Source: Deltaproteobacteria bacterium (GTDB lineage Bacteria > Myxococcota_A > UBA9160 > UBA6930). From it: 64,000 nt of DNA. The translations under genes were made by a program, and so were the position numbers. The stretch covers positions 2,657-66,656 of the forward strand of contig NYZB01000239.1 of assembly GCA_002687015.1 (NCBI GenBank). The letters are read 5' to 3'. The notes beneath the pieces are model-generated. The model saw nothing but the letters and a program-made list of their open reading frames with translations, was not told the origin of the DNA and made no database searches. Of this stretch, positions 1-8,584 are shown in pieces (the stretch's first letter is position 1; every line of letters begins with the position of its first letter).

Positions 1-260
1 GCCGCCCAGGGCCACATCCACGCGCGCATCTGCCACAGGCCGACGGTGCCCGCCGCGTACACGAACCAGTGCGGGATCTCGAGGACCTTCGCCCAGGTGC
101 CGTGGAAGCGGACCCCGAACCAGACCTCCTCGTCGATGGCCGCGGGCTTCACGAAGAGATCCCAGGGCATGTAGACGAAGGCCATGAAGGCGGTGAAGAG
201 GAGCAGCAGGTTCATCCAGCCGGGGCGACGACCGAGCTGGTGGCGGATCCACTCTCCCAT
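1..260 (-). CDS. hypothetical membrane protein (N-terminal part; gene runs off the left edge)
   Basis: Not in the ORF track because it is edge-truncated. Reverse-strand ATG at 260-258 is preceded by GAGGAGG. Translation MGEWIRHQLGRRPGWMNLLLLFTAFMAFVYMPWDLFVKPAAIDEEVWFGVRF has a hydrophobic helix and strong GC3 bias. Confidence 0.4.
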   Translation of the reverse strand, partial: MGEWIRHQLGRRPGWMNLLLLFTAFMAFVYMPWDLFVKPAAIDEEVWFGVRFHGTWAKVLEIPHWFVYAAGTVGLWQMRAWMWPWA

Positions 261-300
261 GGCTGCCTCCTCACCCGGAAAGGTAGCCCGCCTGCGTGCC

Positions 301-750
301 TCAGGGTTGCGTCGGCAGTTGCTCGAGAAGGCGGGCGCGTAGGGCCTCCACCTCAGTCAATGGCGGCCGTCGCACGCGGGTGACCTCCGCAGTGGTGTAG
401 GGCGCGGCAGCGTGGGCGTGCTCCGCGGGCCCGAAGGTCTGCACCATCCAGTTGAGTACCGCGGCGAGCTCGGAGTCGGTGAGGTTCGAGCCAGACGCGC
501 CGGGCACGCGAACCAGGTACTCGCGACCGCCGGGCACCGAGAGGAAGCGGGCGACCGAGCCGACCAGGTTGGGAACGCCCGACCGGGGAGCACCGCTGCC
601 GTCTGCCTGATGACAGCCCTGGCATTGGAGCATCCAGTCGACGCGAGGCTCGTTGGACGGCCGAGCCCCGGCCTCGTCGGTGGCCCAGGCTGCCGAAGCC
701 GCGAACAGCACCAGCAGGATCGGCGCCAGGGAGTTGCAGGAAGCGCTCAT
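301..750 (-). CDS. monoheme c-type cytochrome, periplasmic
   Basis: ORF 301..825 trimmed to the ATG at 750. Signal peptide MSASCNSLAPILLVLFAASAAWA. Single CQGCH heme motif. The ATG overlaps the mauA stop (ATGA). Confidence 0.8.
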   Translation of the reverse strand: MSASCNSLAPILLVLFAASAAWATDEAGARPSNEPRVDWMLQCQGCHQADGSGAPRSGVPNLVGSVARFLSVPGGREYLVRVPGASGSNLTDSELAAVLNWMVQTFGPAEHAHAAAPYTTAEVTRVRRPPLTEVEALRARLLEQLPTQP

Positions 751-1274
751 CCCTTCTTCGTCGACGTCCCCACGACGATCGCGACCGTCGAGTTGTAGAT
801 GACGCTCGAGGTCCCCATGCACCAATCGATGTCGTTGTTCTTGTGGGTGTAGTAGATCGGCTTGTCACCTTCGGTGCGTCGACAGAAGCAGCGGCCACAG
901 ACCTCCTTGCCACAGCAATCGTTGTACGAGATCACGTACTCGGTGCCGTCCACGGGGTTGCGGCAGGTGCCGAGCCAGGTGATCGGGGACATCTCGGTGC
1001 CGGGGGGGCAAGCGGTATGGGTGCCTCCGCAGCAGCTGGCCAGGAAGCCGTCGATGGCGCAGTAGCGCCAGTAGTCGCAGCCCTCCGGGTCGCCCTCGGG
1101 CTTGTCGGGATGGGGCTCGCCCGGCGCCCCCTGGGCCGAGGCGCGAGAGATCGGCAGGAGCGGCGTCGCACCACCGCCGACCAGGACCGCGCCGATCCCC
1201 GCCAGGAAGCCCCGCCGCGACGTGCGTCGCGCGACGGCACGAGTGAGATCGCTGACCCAGTCATCCATGTTCAT
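747..1274 (-). CDS. mauA: methylamine/aromatic amine dehydrogenase light (TTQ-bearing) subunit
   Basis: ORF 747..1448 trimmed to MNMDDW. Tat-type signal RRTSRRGFLAGIG. Cys-rich core CDYWRYCAIDGFLASCCGG...ITWLGTC...DCCGK...IDWCMG matches MauA, including both TTQ Trp contexts. Confidence 0.9.
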   Translation of the reverse strand: MNMDDWVSDLTRAVARRTSRRGFLAGIGAVLVGGGATPLLPISRASAQGAPGEPHPDKPEGDPEGCDYWRYCAIDGFLASCCGGTHTACPPGTEMSPITWLGTCRNPVDGTEYVISYNDCCGKEVCGRCFCRRTEGDKPIYYTHKNNDIDWCMGTSSVIYNSTVAIVVGTSTKKG

Positions 1275-1335
1275 GGGGTCTTTGCCTTCCCGTTGTGGCG
1301 AAGAGAGCGCACCTCGCTTCTGGAGTCGCTTGCCA

Positions 1336-1944
1336 TCAGGCGACCTCGCGGCCGGGGTTGCTGGAGACGTATTCCTGGAGGGAGGCGACGCCGCGGTCGC
1401 GGGCCTCGAAGAGGCTCTCGAGGTGCTCGCGCTGGTTGACCAGGCCACGCGCCTTCACGACGCCGTCGGCACCAATGAGCACGGCGTAGGGCAACCGGCC
1501 GACCTGATAGGCCATGCCCAGCGGCGCCGACAAGACGTAGGTCTCGCTCTCCAGGTCGTGGGCCTCGACGAAGGGCTCGTGCTCCTCCCGTTCGCCGTCG
1601 CTGGCGACGACCAGACGGAGCTTCGGGCCCTCGGCATCGCGCACCGAGCGCACGGTCGGAAGCAGGGTCTTGCAGACCGGGCAGGTGGGAGACACGAAGA
1701 AGAGTAGGGTCTCCGCACCCTCGGGGTCGGGGCCGCCGATGCGCAGCGTCTCGCCGTGCCACGCGGTCGTCTCGAGGACCGGCGTCTCCTCACCGACCGC
1801 TGGCTTCTCGCCTCCCACGAGGGCCCCGGCGGGCGCGATGCGCTCGTGGAGGACGCCCACCTGGCGCAGCAGGGCCAGCACCACCCCGGCCAACAGGATG
1901 ACGACGGCCCAGAGCACGAGGTTCGAGACGACCAGCGGCTCCAT
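1336..1944 (-). CDS. mauD: methylamine utilization protein MauD (thioredoxin-like, CPVC)
   Basis: ORF 1336..2310 trimmed to MEPLVVSNLVLWAVVILLAG (TM anchor). Thioredoxin-fold motif FFVSPTCPVCK. The start overlaps the mauE stop. Confidence 0.85.
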   Translation of the reverse strand: MEPLVVSNLVLWAVVILLAGVVLALLRQVGVLHERIAPAGALVGGEKPAVGEETPVLETTAWHGETLRIGGPDPEGAETLLFFVSPTCPVCKTLLPTVRSVRDAEGPKLRLVVASDGEREEHEPFVEAHDLESETYVLSAPLGMAYQVGRLPYAVLIGADGVVKARGLVNQREHLESLFEARDRGVASLQEYVSSNPGREVA

Positions 1945-2477
1945 CACGCGCCTCCCCAGAGGAGGCGCTGCCGTGAGGCGTTGGCGAGGGCCACGTCGAT
2001 GGCCGTGTAGAGGAGGGCTGCGGCCAGCGTCGCCACCGCGAGATGGAAGGAGTCGAGGGCCGTCCAGCCTCGCGCGACGACGGGAGCCGTGCTCAGGAGG
2101 AGGAGTGCGGCGAGCACGAGGTTGCGCACCACCAGCGAGAGGCCGAGGGGCCGGCTGCCCCCCGGTCCCCCACAGCCGCAGTCGATCCCGGCGCGGCCGC
2201 GCAGGAGGTTGATCGCGATGGCCGCGGCGTAGGTGGCGAGAAGCGCTGCGCCCGCCCACGCGGCCGACGCCGAGTAGAGCAGCGCCGAGGCCAGCCCGAG
2301 CTCGAGCCACGGCATCGTCCGCGCGGCGGGGCGGGCCCAGCTCGCCGGAAGCAGACGATAGCCCGCCAGTGCGGATTGGAAGGATGCCCGACCGCGCAGC
2401 TTGTGCGCGGCCGCGGCGGCAAAGAGAAGGGCGCCCCCCACGCGCAGGAGGTGGTGGATCAGCGGATCGACACTCAC
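1944..2477 (-). CDS. mauE: methylamine utilization membrane protein MauE
   Basis: 177-aa polytopic membrane protein containing GIDCGCGG. It sits between the heavy subunit and mauD. GTGA overlap with the mauB stop. Confidence 0.8.
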   Translation of the reverse strand: MSVDPLIHHLLRVGGALLFAAAAAHKLRGRASFQSALAGYRLLPASWARPAARTMPWLELGLASALLYSASAAWAGAALLATYAAAIAINLLRGRAGIDCGCGGPGGSRPLGLSLVVRNLVLAALLLLSTAPVVARGWTALDSFHLAVATLAAALLYTAIDVALANASRQRLLWGGA

Positions 2478-3751
2478 GGCGCCTGGCCGCCGAAGGGCGC
2501 GATCAGGCCCACGTTCGTCATGTTGCCGCTGTAGATGCGCCGCAGGAAGTCGCCCGTGAGCGCGTCGTAGAGCGCGATTCCACCGCCGAAGTTCGAGGTG
2601 ACCGCCAGGAGGGGGGTCTCATCCTGGGTGGCGCGGATCTCGTCACCTCCCATGGCCGAGCCGATGGCGTTGACGATCCCCGAGGCGATCGAGCTGAGCG
2701 GCCAGATCCAATCCTCGGGCACCTCGATGGGGAAGCCCATGATCGTGAGGCCCGGGCTCTCCAGCTCGATGCGCTGCAGGAGCTTGCGGCCGGCGAGGTC
2801 GTAGACCCAGACCTCGCTTCCCGACTCCTTGTGGGTGTCGACGCCGCCCTGGTGCATCAGCGCGAAGAGCCGGCCGCTCTTGCGGTGAAGGGCCAGGTGC
2901 TGCGCGCCGCCGATCCTCCACTCGTCGCTTCGCTGGCCGTCGTCGAAGAGCGACCAGGGCTCGGCGAAGGCCGGAACCTCGCCGGAGAGGTCGACCTCGT
3001 GCAGGTATCCTTCGAACGAGGCAAAGAGCCAGCGATCGCCGATCCGGACGCCCTTCTCGGTGATCGGATCGACCTGGGGGTCGAAGAAGGGCGCGCTGCG
3101 CTTCCGCGAGGCCTCGCCACCCCCTTCGTCGAGTGCGATCACGAGCAGGGCGCCGTCCAGACAGAGCATGGCGATGCGGCGGCCGCTGACGGCATAGACC
3201 AGGCTGCAGCCGGGCGTGGCGATCTCGCCGGCCAGACGCCGCTCGGCGAGATCGACCACGCTGATCGAGGCGGCGGGCGTCAGGTTGAAGACGACGGCGA
3301 AGCGCTCGTCGTCGGTGAGCGTCGCGTGGTTCGAGGGCACCGCGCTGATGGCCCGCTTCGGCGGCAGCACGACCTCCGCCGTCGGCGCGAGTGTGCGCAT
3401 GTCGTAGAGGGTGAGCACGTCCGTTCGCTCGCCCCGGCTCCCGCGCGAGTAGTGGGTCTCCGCGACCATCACCTCGCCACGGCCGGCCGCGAGCATCGGC
3501 ATGATCGGCCCGAAGCCTGCGGAGACCATGCCCAGCGTCTTGCCGCGATCGAGATCCACGAGGGTCGAGCGGCGCAGGAGCGGATCGGCCACCCAGGCCC
3601 AATGGGGCGCCGGCGCGGGCAGGGTCACGACCTGGCCAGTGCTCTCGACGGGCAGCTCGGCTCGGGCCGGCACGGGGCCCAAGAGGCCGAGGAGGAGGAG
3701 CGAGGCCACCAGGATCGAGCCGAAGGGGCGATCTTGCACCGCTGTACTCAA
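2474..3751 (-). CDS. mauB: methylamine/aromatic amine dehydrogenase heavy subunit (beta-propeller)
   Basis: 425-aa ORF with a signal peptide and propeller-like repeats (AETHYSRGSRGERTDVLTLYD, HLALHRKSGRLFALMHQGG). Position is directly upstream of mauE-D-A. Start could be TTG 3751 or GTG 3739. Confidence 0.85.
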   Translation of the reverse strand: MSTAVQDRPFGSILVASLLLLGLLGPVPARAELPVESTGQVVTLPAPAPHWAWVADPLLRRSTLVDLDRGKTLGMVSAGFGPIMPMLAAGRGEVMVAETHYSRGSRGERTDVLTLYDMRTLAPTAEVVLPPKRAISAVPSNHATLTDDERFAVVFNLTPAASISVVDLAERRLAGEIATPGCSLVYAVSGRRIAMLCLDGALLVIALDEGGGEASRKRSAPFFDPQVDPITEKGVRIGDRWLFASFEGYLHEVDLSGEVPAFAEPWSLFDDGQRSDEWRIGGAQHLALHRKSGRLFALMHQGGVDTHKESGSEVWVYDLAGRKLLQRIELESPGLTIMGFPIEVPEDWIWPLSSIASGIVNAIGSAMGGDEIRATQDETPLLAVTSNFGGGIALYDALTGDFLRRIYSGNMTNVGLIAPFGGQAP

Positions 3752-3810
3752 TCACGGTGGCCTCGGCGGCGCAAGCACTTCGGGGCGACCGGCCGCGGGC
3801 TGCCGGCTGC

Positions 3811-4836
3811 CTACGGAGATCGCAGTGCCGCGACGACCTCGGCGAAGAGCTCGTCGTCAGCGGCATCCTTCGGCATGCGCAGGCTGATGGCCGTGGCGGC
3901 GCCCGCATACCGACTGCGAAGCAGGTCTGCGATGCCCGCGTAGGTCGCCTGGGGCACGAGCACATCGAGCATGTCGTCCGTCACGAGGCTCTTCATGCCC
4001 GCCCAGTCGCCGCTGCGCGTCTTCTCGAGCAAGGCGGGGCCCACATCGCCCCAGCCGTGGTGCTCGAGGGTCGCCCAGTAGGCGGGCGTCGAGTAGGTGA
4101 AGGTGAGCACCTCCCGGGCGGCCTCGCGCTCGGCCTGCGCGGCCGCCTCGCCGGGACCCGTGGCCGTCATGGGATTGGCAATGACCTCGATGGCCCTCGG
4201 ATCCCGGCCAGCCCGCCTGGCCCCCTCCTCGAGCTTCGGTGCCATGGCATCGCGCAGATAGGAGGGGCTGGAGTTCGTCGGGTGGGCCACGACCTTGTCG
4301 GCCACCTCGCCTGCGACCGCGGTCATCCTGGGGCCGATCGCTCCGAGCACGATCGGGATCTCCGGGTGCTCGATGGGCGCGGGGCTGAAGAAGGGCTGCA
4401 TGCGCGTCAGCGAATAGCTCTCGCTCTCGTAGCGGAGAGGCGTTCCATTCTGCCAGCAGTCGAAGATCGCGCGCAGCGCGCCCACGTAGTCGCGCATCCG
4501 GGCAGCTGGGGCCGACCAGGGCATGCCGAAGCGCTTCTCGACGTTGCCCTTCACCTGGGGCCCGACGCCGAGGCCGAAACGCCCGCCGGACATGCCGGCC
4601 AGGCCCCAGGCGTCCTGGGCAAGCAGCATCGGGCTGCGCGCGAAGGCCACGACGACGCCGGTCAGCACCTGCAGGCGCTCGGTGTGCTCCAGCGCCAGCA
4701 GGGAGCCGAGGATCCCATCGTTGACGGCCTCCGGCACGATCAGCCCATCGAAGCCGAGCCTCTCTGCCCGCTGCGCGTGCGCCGGGTAGGCGCCGAGCGG
4801 CAGATGGATGTCGTCGACCGAGGCGTAGACGCGCAA
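3811..4836 (-). CDS. luciferase-like monooxygenase (LLM) family flavin/F420-type oxidoreductase
   Basis: ORF 3811..5079 is LLM-like (GRFGLGVGPQVKGNVEKRFG, IVLGAIGPRM). The upstream part overlaps the SDR gene, so TTG 4836 (LRVYASVDD) or ATG 4866 is the likely start. Confidence 0.75.
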   Translation of the reverse strand: MRVYASVDDIHLPLGAYPAHAQRAERLGFDGLIVPEAVNDGILGSLLALEHTERLQVLTGVVVAFARSPMLLAQDAWGLAGMSGGRFGLGVGPQVKGNVEKRFGMPWSAPAARMRDYVGALRAIFDCWQNGTPLRYESESYSLTRMQPFFSPAPIEHPEIPIVLGAIGPRMTAVAGEVADKVVAHPTNSSPSYLRDAMAPKLEEGARRAGRDPRAIEVIANPMTATGPGEAAAQAEREAAREVLTFTYSTPAYWATLEHHGWGDVGPALLEKTRSGDWAGMKSLVTDDMLDVLVPQATYAGIADLLRSRYAGAATAISLRMPKDAADDELFAEVVAALRSP

Positions 4837-4840
4837 GGCG

Positions 4841-5761
4841 CTAGGCCATGGGCAGGGCGAAGCCATCCTCGACGGGCTTCTTCTCTTCGAAGAAGGCGCC
4901 CAACACCTTGTCGAGCTCGTCGACCGTCCACTCGCTCTCGTTCTCGTGGTCGAGAGCGGGCTGCGGACGCTCGTAGACGCGGATGTGCTTGCCCCAGAGC
5001 TGGAGCACCTGGCCCGACACGTGGGCGGCCTGGGGCGACGCGATCCACGCCACCAGGGGCCCGATGTGCTCGGGCGCAAAGGTGTCGAAGCCCTCGTCGG
5101 GCTTCTCGAAGATGCCGGCCCAGGGGCCGCTCATCGTCATGCGCGTACGAGCGCGGGGCAGCACCACGTTCGCGGTGGCGCCGAAGCGCTGGCACTCGCG
5201 GGCTGCCGACATGGTGAGGTAGGTGATGCCCGCCTTGGCCGCCGCGTAGTTCGGCTGGCCGACGTTGCCCATCAAGAACGAATCGGAGGCCGTGCTGATC
5301 AGCCGGCCGTAGAGCGGCTCGCCGCCCTGGGCCTTCGACCTCGCGCGCCAATGATCCATGGTGTGCTTGATCATGTTGAAGTGGCCCTTCATGTGGACGC
5401 GGATCACCGAGTCCCACATGTCCTCGCTCATCTTCACGATCATGCCGTCGCGGGAGAAGCCCGCGTTGTTCACCATGATGTTGAGATCGCCGAAGGTGTC
5501 GACGGCCGTCTGGACGATCCGCTGGGCGTCGTCCCAGTTGGCGACGTCGCCGAAGGCGGCGATGGCCTTGGCGCCGAGCGCTTCGATCTCTCCCACCACG
5601 CCCTGGGCGGGCTCTTCGCTCGAGCCCGTGCCGTCGGCCTGGGTGCCCAGGTCGTTGACGACCACGCTGGCACCGTGGCGCGCCAGCTCGAGGGCTTCGA
5701 TGCGGCCCAGGCCCTGCCCGGCACCGGTGACGACCGCGACCTTTCCGTCGAGGATTCCCAT
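4841..5761 (-). CDS. SDR oxidoreductase, MFE-2/Hsd4A-like (R)-3-hydroxyacyl-CoA dehydrogenase
   Basis: The 306-aa N-terminus GKVAVVTGAGQGLGRIEALELARHGASVVVNDLG is typical of the MFE-2 dehydrogenase domain. YAAAK catalytic motif present. Confidence 0.85.
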   Translation of the reverse strand: MGILDGKVAVVTGAGQGLGRIEALELARHGASVVVNDLGTQADGTGSSEEPAQGVVGEIEALGAKAIAAFGDVANWDDAQRIVQTAVDTFGDLNIMVNNAGFSRDGMIVKMSEDMWDSVIRVHMKGHFNMIKHTMDHWRARSKAQGGEPLYGRLISTASDSFLMGNVGQPNYAAAKAGITYLTMSAARECQRFGATANVVLPRARTRMTMSGPWAGIFEKPDEGFDTFAPEHIGPLVAWIASPQAAHVSGQVLQLWGKHIRVYERPQPALDHENESEWTVDELDKVLGAFFEEKKPVEDGFALPMA

Positions 5762-5785
5762 CTACTTCTCTCCTACGGAGCGCGG

Positions 5786-6967
5786 CTAGAGGCGCTCGAT
5801 GATGGTGGCCGTGCCCACGGCCGACCCGCAGCACATGGTGATGAAGGCCGTGCTCAGATCTCGTCGTTCGAGCTCGTGGAGGGCCGTGACGAGCAGGCGA
5901 GAGCCGGTGCAGCCGACCGGGTGACCCAGCGCGATGGCGCCGCCGTTCACGTTGACCTTGTCGATGTCGACCTGCGGGAAGCTCTTCAGCCAGGCCAGCA
6001 CGACGGCGGCGAAGGCCTCGTTGCACTCGAAGAGGTCGATGTCCGAGAGCGCCATGCCCGAGCGCTTCAGGATCCTGTGGGTCGCGTCGATCGGCCCCTC
6101 GAGGATCGTGCTCGGGTCGCAGCCCGTCACCACGTCGTGCAGGATGCGTGCGCGCGGACGCAGCCCGGCCTCCTTGGCGCGCTCGGCACTCATGTAGAGG
6201 AGCCCGGCCGACCCGTCGGAGACCTGGCTCGAGGTGCCGGCCGTGTGGATGCCGCCCTCCTGCACCGGTTTCAGGGCCTGGAGGCCCTCGAGGGTGGTAT
6301 CGCGCAGGCCCTGGTCGCGGCTCACCGTCCGGGTCTCGCCGGAGGGTGCGCCGTCGTCGCCGAGCACCGGCGCGTCGATGGGCAGGATCTCCCGGTCGAA
6401 GCGCCCTTCGTCCCAGGCCTGCTTGGCCAGGGTCTGGGAGCGCAGCCCCAGCGCATCGGTCTCGTCGCGGGTGATCCCGTACTTCTCCGCGATGCGCTCG
6501 ACGCCGATGAACTGGGACATCGGCGCGTCCCAGGGGAAGCCGTCCGGTATGAAGTAGCCCGGGCCGTTCATCACGTTCATGCCGAGGCCCACGTGGCTCA
6601 TCAGCTCGACGCCGCAAGCCAGGCCGACGTCGATCGAGCCGCCCTTGACGAGTGCGTTGACCAGGTTGTTGGCCTGCTGCCCGCTGCCGCACTGCACGTC
6701 GATGGTGGTGCCGGCCGTCGAGTAGTCGTCGGGCGTCACCGAGAGCCAGGCGTGGCGGGTGATGTTGTTCGACTGCTCGCCCGCCTGGGTGACGCAGCCG
6801 CCGAAGATCTGGTCGACCTCCTTGGGCTCGATGCCGGCCTTCTCGACCAGCCCCTTCTGCAGCTTCCCGAGCAGATGGGCGGCATGCAGACCCGAGAGGT
6901 CTCCCTTCCCCATCTTGCCCCGGGCGATCGGCGTCCGCAGCGCCTCGACGATGACGGCTTCCCGCAT
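5786..6967 (-). CDS. acetyl-CoA C-acyltransferase (thiolase)
   Basis: Starts MREAVIVEALRTPIARG. Contains IDVQCGSGQQA (active-site Cys), NVNGGAIALGHPVGCTG and ITMCCGSAVG. GAGGAG RBS upstream. Confidence 0.9.
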   Translation of the reverse strand: MREAVIVEALRTPIARGKMGKGDLSGLHAAHLLGKLQKGLVEKAGIEPKEVDQIFGGCVTQAGEQSNNITRHAWLSVTPDDYSTAGTTIDVQCGSGQQANNLVNALVKGGSIDVGLACGVELMSHVGLGMNVMNGPGYFIPDGFPWDAPMSQFIGVERIAEKYGITRDETDALGLRSQTLAKQAWDEGRFDREILPIDAPVLGDDGAPSGETRTVSRDQGLRDTTLEGLQALKPVQEGGIHTAGTSSQVSDGSAGLLYMSAERAKEAGLRPRARILHDVVTGCDPSTILEGPIDATHRILKRSGMALSDIDLFECNEAFAAVVLAWLKSFPQVDIDKVNVNGGAIALGHPVGCTGSRLLVTALHELERRDLSTAFITMCCGSAVGTATIIERL

Positions 6968-6984
6968 GGTGCTTCCTGTCTCCT

Positions 6985-8160
6985 CTAGTCGGCCTGGCCG
7001 AGGATCATGGCGCTCGTGGGAACGCCGACGCCGGAGGTGACGAGCACGTGGTCGTTCTTCTCCGGCTGGTTGGTGGAGGTGCCCCGGATCAGGCGCGTGC
7101 CCTCGAGGATGCCGTTGACGCCGTGGATGTAGGCCTCGGAGAGCTGACCACCGTGGGTGTTGGTGGGCAGCTGCCCGCCCTTGGCGCTGAGCGCTCCGTC
7201 CTTCACGAAGTCCTTGGCCTCGCCGGGCCCGCAGAAGCCGAAGCTCTCGAGCTGCATCAGCACGATCGAGGTGAAGGCGTCGTAGATGATCGCCGCGTCC
7301 ATGTCGGAAGCGCTGAGCCCGGACTGCTCCCAGATCTGCTTGCCCACCAGCTCCATCTCCGGAATGTTGGAGATCTGCGGCCGGTAGAAGCTGGTCATCT
7401 GCTCCTGGTCGTCGCCCGAGGCCTGGGCGATGCCGCGAATCACGGCGGCCTTCTGGGGCAGGTCCCTGGCGCGTTCGGGCGTGGTGACGACCACCGCGCA
7501 GCCACCGTCGGTCTCCTGGCAGCAATCGTAGAGGCGCAGCGGCTCGCAGATGAAGCGCGCGTTCATGTACTCGTCCATCGAGAGCGGGCGCTTGTGGAAG
7601 AAGGCCTTCGGGTTGTTCACGGCGTGGTCGCGCGTCGCGATTGCCACCTCGGCCAGATCCTCGGGCTTGGCGCCGAAGTCGTGCATGTAGCGCTGGGTGA
7701 ACATCGCCACCCAGCTGGCCGGCGTGAGCAGGCCCCAGGGCATGTACCAGCTCCAGTGGATCAGGTCGGAGGTGATGATGTCGCCCGACACGCCATCGCT
7801 GTAGCGCTGACCCGAGCGACCGTTGAGCGCCCGAAAGGCCACCACGTACTTCGAAGTGCCCGTCGCCACGGCCATGGCCGCCTGGTGGACGATGCTCGTC
7901 GCCGCGCCGCCGCCGTAGCCGATCTTGCTGAAGAAGGTGAGATCGCCGCAACCGACGCTGCGCGCCACCTCGATCTCGTCGTTGGAGTCGAGCTGGAAGC
8001 CCGTGATGCCGTCGACGTCGCTGGGCTCGATGCCCGCGTCGTCGATCGCCTTGCGCACGCACTCGGAGGCCAGAGCGAGCTCCGACACGCCGGAGTTCTT
8101 CGTGAAGTCCGTCTGGCCGATTCCGACGATCGCGGCTTCGTTGTTCAATGTGGTGCCCAT
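6985..8160 (-). CDS. thiolase-fold lipid-transfer protein (Ltp2/SCP-x-type, putative retro-aldolase)
   Basis: The 391-aa sequence MGTTLNNEAAIVGIGQTDF...DCCQETDGGCAVVV...NTHGGQLSEAYIHG is typical of nonspecific lipid-transfer/Ltp thiolase-like proteins. Confidence 0.85.
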   Translation of the reverse strand: MGTTLNNEAAIVGIGQTDFTKNSGVSELALASECVRKAIDDAGIEPSDVDGITGFQLDSNDEIEVARSVGCGDLTFFSKIGYGGGAATSIVHQAAMAVATGTSKYVVAFRALNGRSGQRYSDGVSGDIITSDLIHWSWYMPWGLLTPASWVAMFTQRYMHDFGAKPEDLAEVAIATRDHAVNNPKAFFHKRPLSMDEYMNARFICEPLRLYDCCQETDGGCAVVVTTPERARDLPQKAAVIRGIAQASGDDQEQMTSFYRPQISNIPEMELVGKQIWEQSGLSASDMDAAIIYDAFTSIVLMQLESFGFCGPGEAKDFVKDGALSAKGGQLPTNTHGGQLSEAYIHGVNGILEGTRLIRGTSTNQPEKNDHVLVTSGVGVPTSAMILGQAD

Positions 8161-8164
8161 GTCC

Positions 8165-8584
8165 TCAACCTCCCACCGGAAGCGCCACGGTGACCGTGCC
8201 TTCCACGTGGTTGCCCCACGAGTTCTTTCCCACGACCTCGACCACCACCGTGCCGTCGGCGCCGGCCTCGGTGACCTTGCCGCGCATCTTCATGGTGTCG
8301 CCGGGCAGGTTCGGGGTGCCGAGCTTGATCGCCAGACCCTTGATCTGCGCATCCGTGCCCGCCCAGTCCGTCACATAGCGACCCACGTAGCCGTTGGTGG
8401 TGAGGATGTTCATGAACACGTCGCCCATGCCCGCGGCGTTGGCCGCTGCGCGGTCGTGATGGACCGGCGTGTAGTCCCGAGAGGCCAGGGCGCCGCCGAC
8501 GATGATCGAGGCGGTGAGCGGCACGTCGAGCGGCGGAAGCTCGTCGCCGACACTCACGTCGGAGAAGGAGAGGGAAGTCGTCAC
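8165..8584 (-). CDS. MaoC-like (R)-specific enoyl-CoA hydratase small subunit (ChsH1-like hotdog)
   Basis: ORF 8165..8854 trimmed to GTG 8584 (VTTSLSFSDV), which makes a GTGA overlap with the upstream ACAD stop. Hotdog motif RDYTPVHHD. Confidence 0.8.
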   Translation of the reverse strand: MTTSLSFSDVSVGDELPPLDVPLTASIIVGGALASRDYTPVHHDRAAANAAGMGDVFMNILTTNGYVGRYVTDWAGTDAQIKGLAIKLGTPNLPGDTMKMRGKVTEAGADGTVVVEVVGKNSWGNHVEGTVTVALPVGG

